13,756 nucleotides of DNA, from positions 1-13,756 of the forward strand of contig NW_021825798.1 of assembly GCF_006345805.1 (NCBI RefSeq). The letters are read 5' to 3'. The number at the start of each line of letters is the position of its first letter. Position 1 is the stretch's first letter. Under the pieces are notes generated by a model. That model was not told the DNA's origin. It worked only from the letters and a program-made list of their open reading frames with translations, and made no database searches. This DNA is from Octopus sinensis (Eukaryota). Positions 11,363-13,756 of this stretch are shown in pieces. A program made the position numbers and the translations under genes.

Positions 11363-11610
11363 CAGGAAATATACTGCAACATGGTGTCTTTTATCAGCAC
11401 AAAGAATAAATAATCAGTAAAAGTCTTGAACTTCATCTTCACTGATCTTGACCACAGACAACTGGAAGCCTTAAAGTCCCCCAAAATACAAGGCATCTCA
11501 GTTTTGAGTGATTTCTCATGGCAATCTCTTGCACTAAAATACTTCACCTAATTTACTGCCTGGATCTGCAGCCTACTGTGGGCATAAAGATGCGCAAGGG
11601 GAAAGTTTAC

Positions 11611-12108
11611 GAACGAGAACACAGGGAACGCAGCTGGTCGAGGAGTATGTCGCGATCTTGCTCCCGGTCAAGGTCACGCTCGAGATCGCGCAGGGACCGG
11701 TCTAGAGACAGCTCTCGCGAAAGGTCGTGTGACAGATCGCGCGAAAGATCGAAAGACGGGGACAAACGAGGAAGAGACTGGGACCTTGAGGACGAAGAGG
11801 AGGCTTACGAGAGGAGGAAACTAGAGAAGAAATTGCGTGAGAAAGAGGCGGCGTACCAGGAGAGATTACGGAACTGGGAAGCCCGGGAACGGAAGAAGAG
11901 TAAGGAATATGAGAAAGAGAAAGATCGAGAAGAGGCTCGGAAGTGTGAGGAAAGTAAAGAGGCACGAAGGCTGAAAGAGTTTTTGGAAGATTATGATGAC
12001 CTAAGGGACGACCCTAAGTTTTACCGAGGCAGCGCATTGTCCAGACGGCTGAAAGAACGAGAAAAAGAGAAGGAAAACGACGCAAGGGACCGACAACGAG
12101 AAAAGGAA
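11611..12108 (+). other. RBM25: RS-dipeptide and RE/RD-rich region of the RBM25 copy
   Basis: The translation RSWSRSMSRSCSRSRSRSRSRRDRSRDSSRERS... is followed by a charged E/K/R-rich stretch, as in the central region of RBM25. Confidence 0.85.
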
Positions 12109-12844
12109 GCTGGAAGAAATTAGGCGAAGATTAATGAAGAAGGTCATGCTGACCCCGACGGTGAAATTGCTAAAATGAACGAAGAGAGATGAGAGCATTT
12201 GAAACCTCGACTGCACTTACTTCCCCCCTTACCAGAACCCAAACTGCGTCACAACTCCCCAACTCACTTCGCATAAGCGGGAACAGAAATCTGAAGACTC
12301 GAAATCACCCTGCCCCGCATGCAGGCCACTTTGAAACTTGTCACCTCATCAAAAGTAAATAATTCCCATTCGAACAGTATATCGCAGACTGAAAGAAAGG
12401 GAAAGATCTCAAAAACTGGTGCCGATGGAAATTGTGATGGTCGAGAGAGTGGGAGCGAAGGAGAAGATGCGGAAATTGATGCTGGTAACAGCTACAACAA
12501 ACAACAATAACAGTAATGCGGGTCCTGCAGAATCATGAACAACCCAACCAGTTTTCAGTCCGGCTGTGAAAGAAGAGGTTACCACGAAGATTGGGTTCCA
12601 CGCCATGAAGCTACGCACCTCTGACAGTCCCAACGATTTGTCTAATACAAAGCGGAAAAAAAATCACTATCGGAGATTGTTTGGCCCAAGACGACTATTG
12701 CTCGAGGCCTCGCAGCGTAAACGCAAGCTCGTGCCGCTGGACTACGAGAAGAAAAAAATCCGAGAAAAAGGCGGCCACCTCCATAGAAGAGAAACGACAA
12801 CAGATCAAACAACTCATCGAACAGATTCCGACCGGCAAGGAGGA

Positions 12845-13110
12845 ACTATTTGCCTACTCCCTCGACTGGAGCATCGTCGACCAGGTCCTCATGATAAACG
12901 CATCAAACCCTGGGTAAATAAAAAGATTGTCGAATACATCGGAGAAAAAGAAGCAACCCTCACGGAATTCATCTGCCAGAAAGTGGTGGGCCGTAGCACC
13001 CCTGCCAACATTCTCAACGATGTAGCAATGGTACTGGACGAGGAAGCAGAGGTGTTTGTGGTCAAGATGTGGAGACTGTTGATATACGAGACAGAGGCCA
13101 AAAAGCTGGA
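12845..13110 (+). other. RBM25: PWI-domain coding segment (signature reads P-W-V at 12908-12916), split by a 1-nt frameshift near 12893
   Basis: LFAYSLDWSIVDQVLM in one frame continues as DKRIKPWVNKKIVEYIG...VFVVKMWRLLIYET in another. This is the typical RBM25/SRm160 PWI pattern. Confidence 0.9.
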
Positions 13111-13189
13111 CTGGTCAAATGAAAGTGACCAGCAGGGGGGGAGGATCTTTACTGTTTTTGACATCTCATAATTCATATACATTCATCGA

Positions 13190-13412
13190 CTTATTCCTCA
13201 TACACATGCATATATACAGCCACATATACACACATGCACACATACATGTTCTAACATATCTGTATATACATAACTTTACACATATACCCTCAACATATCC
13301 GCAACAATGTGTGTGTAATTTCTTTTAAAAATATAACACCTATATATATATATAAAGACTGATACATATATTTATGTATAACTATATATAGATATATTGT
13401 ATGTAGGTAATA

Positions 13413-13446
<34 letters not shown>

Positions 13447-13738
13447 ATATATATATATATATGTAAATGTTGCAGACAGAGACACATTATATACGATACG
13501 CACACATAATATAAACGCACATATATGCATACATTTATATGCATGTGTATAAAATATATTTTTCATAGGTATGAATGTATGGATGTATATATATATATAT
13601 TTATACATATATATGTATGTATGTATATATATATACACAAACACAATTACGTGGAAAAAGACTGCTACAATTGTGAGGTTACATATCTACAACTCTATAC
13701 GCATGTAAGTGCATGTTGTATGTATGTATGTATATACA
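13190..13738. repeat. Compound low-complexity microsatellite, (TA)n/(CA)n/(TG)n/(TATG)n
   Basis: Pure AT dinucleotide runs at about 13413-13438, 13446-13462, 13342-13353 and 13586-13600 are interspersed with CA/TG and TATG tracts. Confidence 0.93.
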
Positions 13739-13756
13739 CTAGGGTTAGGGTAGGGG
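13739..13756 (+). repeat. Telomere-like TTAGGG remnant at the window end
   Basis: The terminal bases CTAGGG TTAGGG TAGGGG contain one perfect and two imperfect units. The G-rich strand runs 5'->3' toward the end, in sharp contrast to the preceding AT-rich tract. Confidence 0.5.

Larger units (their letters stand above)
11590..13122 (+). pseudogene. RBM25: RBM25 (RNA-binding motif protein 25, PWI-domain splicing factor) homologue, 5'-truncated (no RRM), without visible introns, with frameshifts and a premature stop
   Basis: The segments EEEAYERRKLEKKLREKEAAYQERLRNWE, KEARRLKEFLEDYDDLRDDPKFYRGSAL, EEGHADPDGE, KIGF..MKL, RKRKLVPLDY, EEKRQQIKQLIEQIPTGKEELFAYSLDWSIVD and IKPWVNKKIVEYIGEKEATL..ILNDVAMVLDEEAEVFVVKMWRLLIYETEAKK are colinear with RBM25 as I recall it. 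They are spread over ORFs 11518-12123, 12566-13171 and 12681-12917. Frame changes occur near 12109, 12136, 12660, 12755, 12893 and 13109, and there is an in-frame TGA at 12190-12192. Restoring one G near 13109 gives the expected ending KKLGLVK* with TGA at 13120-13122. The family assignment is very secure; pseudogene status and the 5' boundary are less so. Confidence 0.85.

Noticed and set aside
10829-11547. Short ORFs 10829-11047, 10879-11076 and 11359-11547
   Set aside because: They are 62-72 aa long with no recognisable domain, as expected by chance.
11518-11589. ATG at 11518 as a real start for the 201-aa ORF
   Set aside because: MAISCTKILHLIYCLDLQPTVGIK shows no resemblance to RBM25 and has flank-like composition, so it is probably a fortuitous open frame.
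11702-13182. Minus-strand ORFs (11702-11965, 12001-12216, 12409-12633, 12889-13182)
   Set aside because: They are antisense shadows of the RBM25 coding sequence with no recognisable motifs.
13123-13340. Poly(A) tail or target-site duplication of a retrocopy
   Set aside because: I see no long A-tract or matching flanking direct repeat. Microsatellite growth could have obscured them, but that cannot be shown here.
13119-13644. Y/I/H-rich ORFs
   Set aside because: They are translations of TA/CA microsatellites.

Overview
This is eukaryotic (animal) non-coding-rich DNA, not a prokaryotic accessory region. Bases 1-10692 are one head-to-tail 65-bp satellite (about 164 copies) with higher-order structure, including a ~2.66-kb (41-monomer) tandem duplication. 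The array ends abruptly and is followed by ~0.9 kb of AT-rich unique DNA containing a 222-bp TTAA-flanked piggyBac-type MITE. Next is an uninterrupted, 5'-truncated, disrupted copy of the splicing factor RBM25 (RS/RE-rich region plus C-terminal PWI domain, ~11590-13122), then a compound TA/CA/TATG microsatellite, and the window ends in about three TTAGGG-like units in telomeric orientation. The layout suggests a subtelomere. The MITE and microsatellite style recall cephalopod (Octopus-like) genomes, but that comes from memory and is unverified. I see no convincing new multi-gene system. The most interesting points are the satellite architecture, the decaying RBM25 copy and the possible chromosome end. 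Patches rich in small indels suggest noisy long-read consensus, so some frameshifts may be artefacts.
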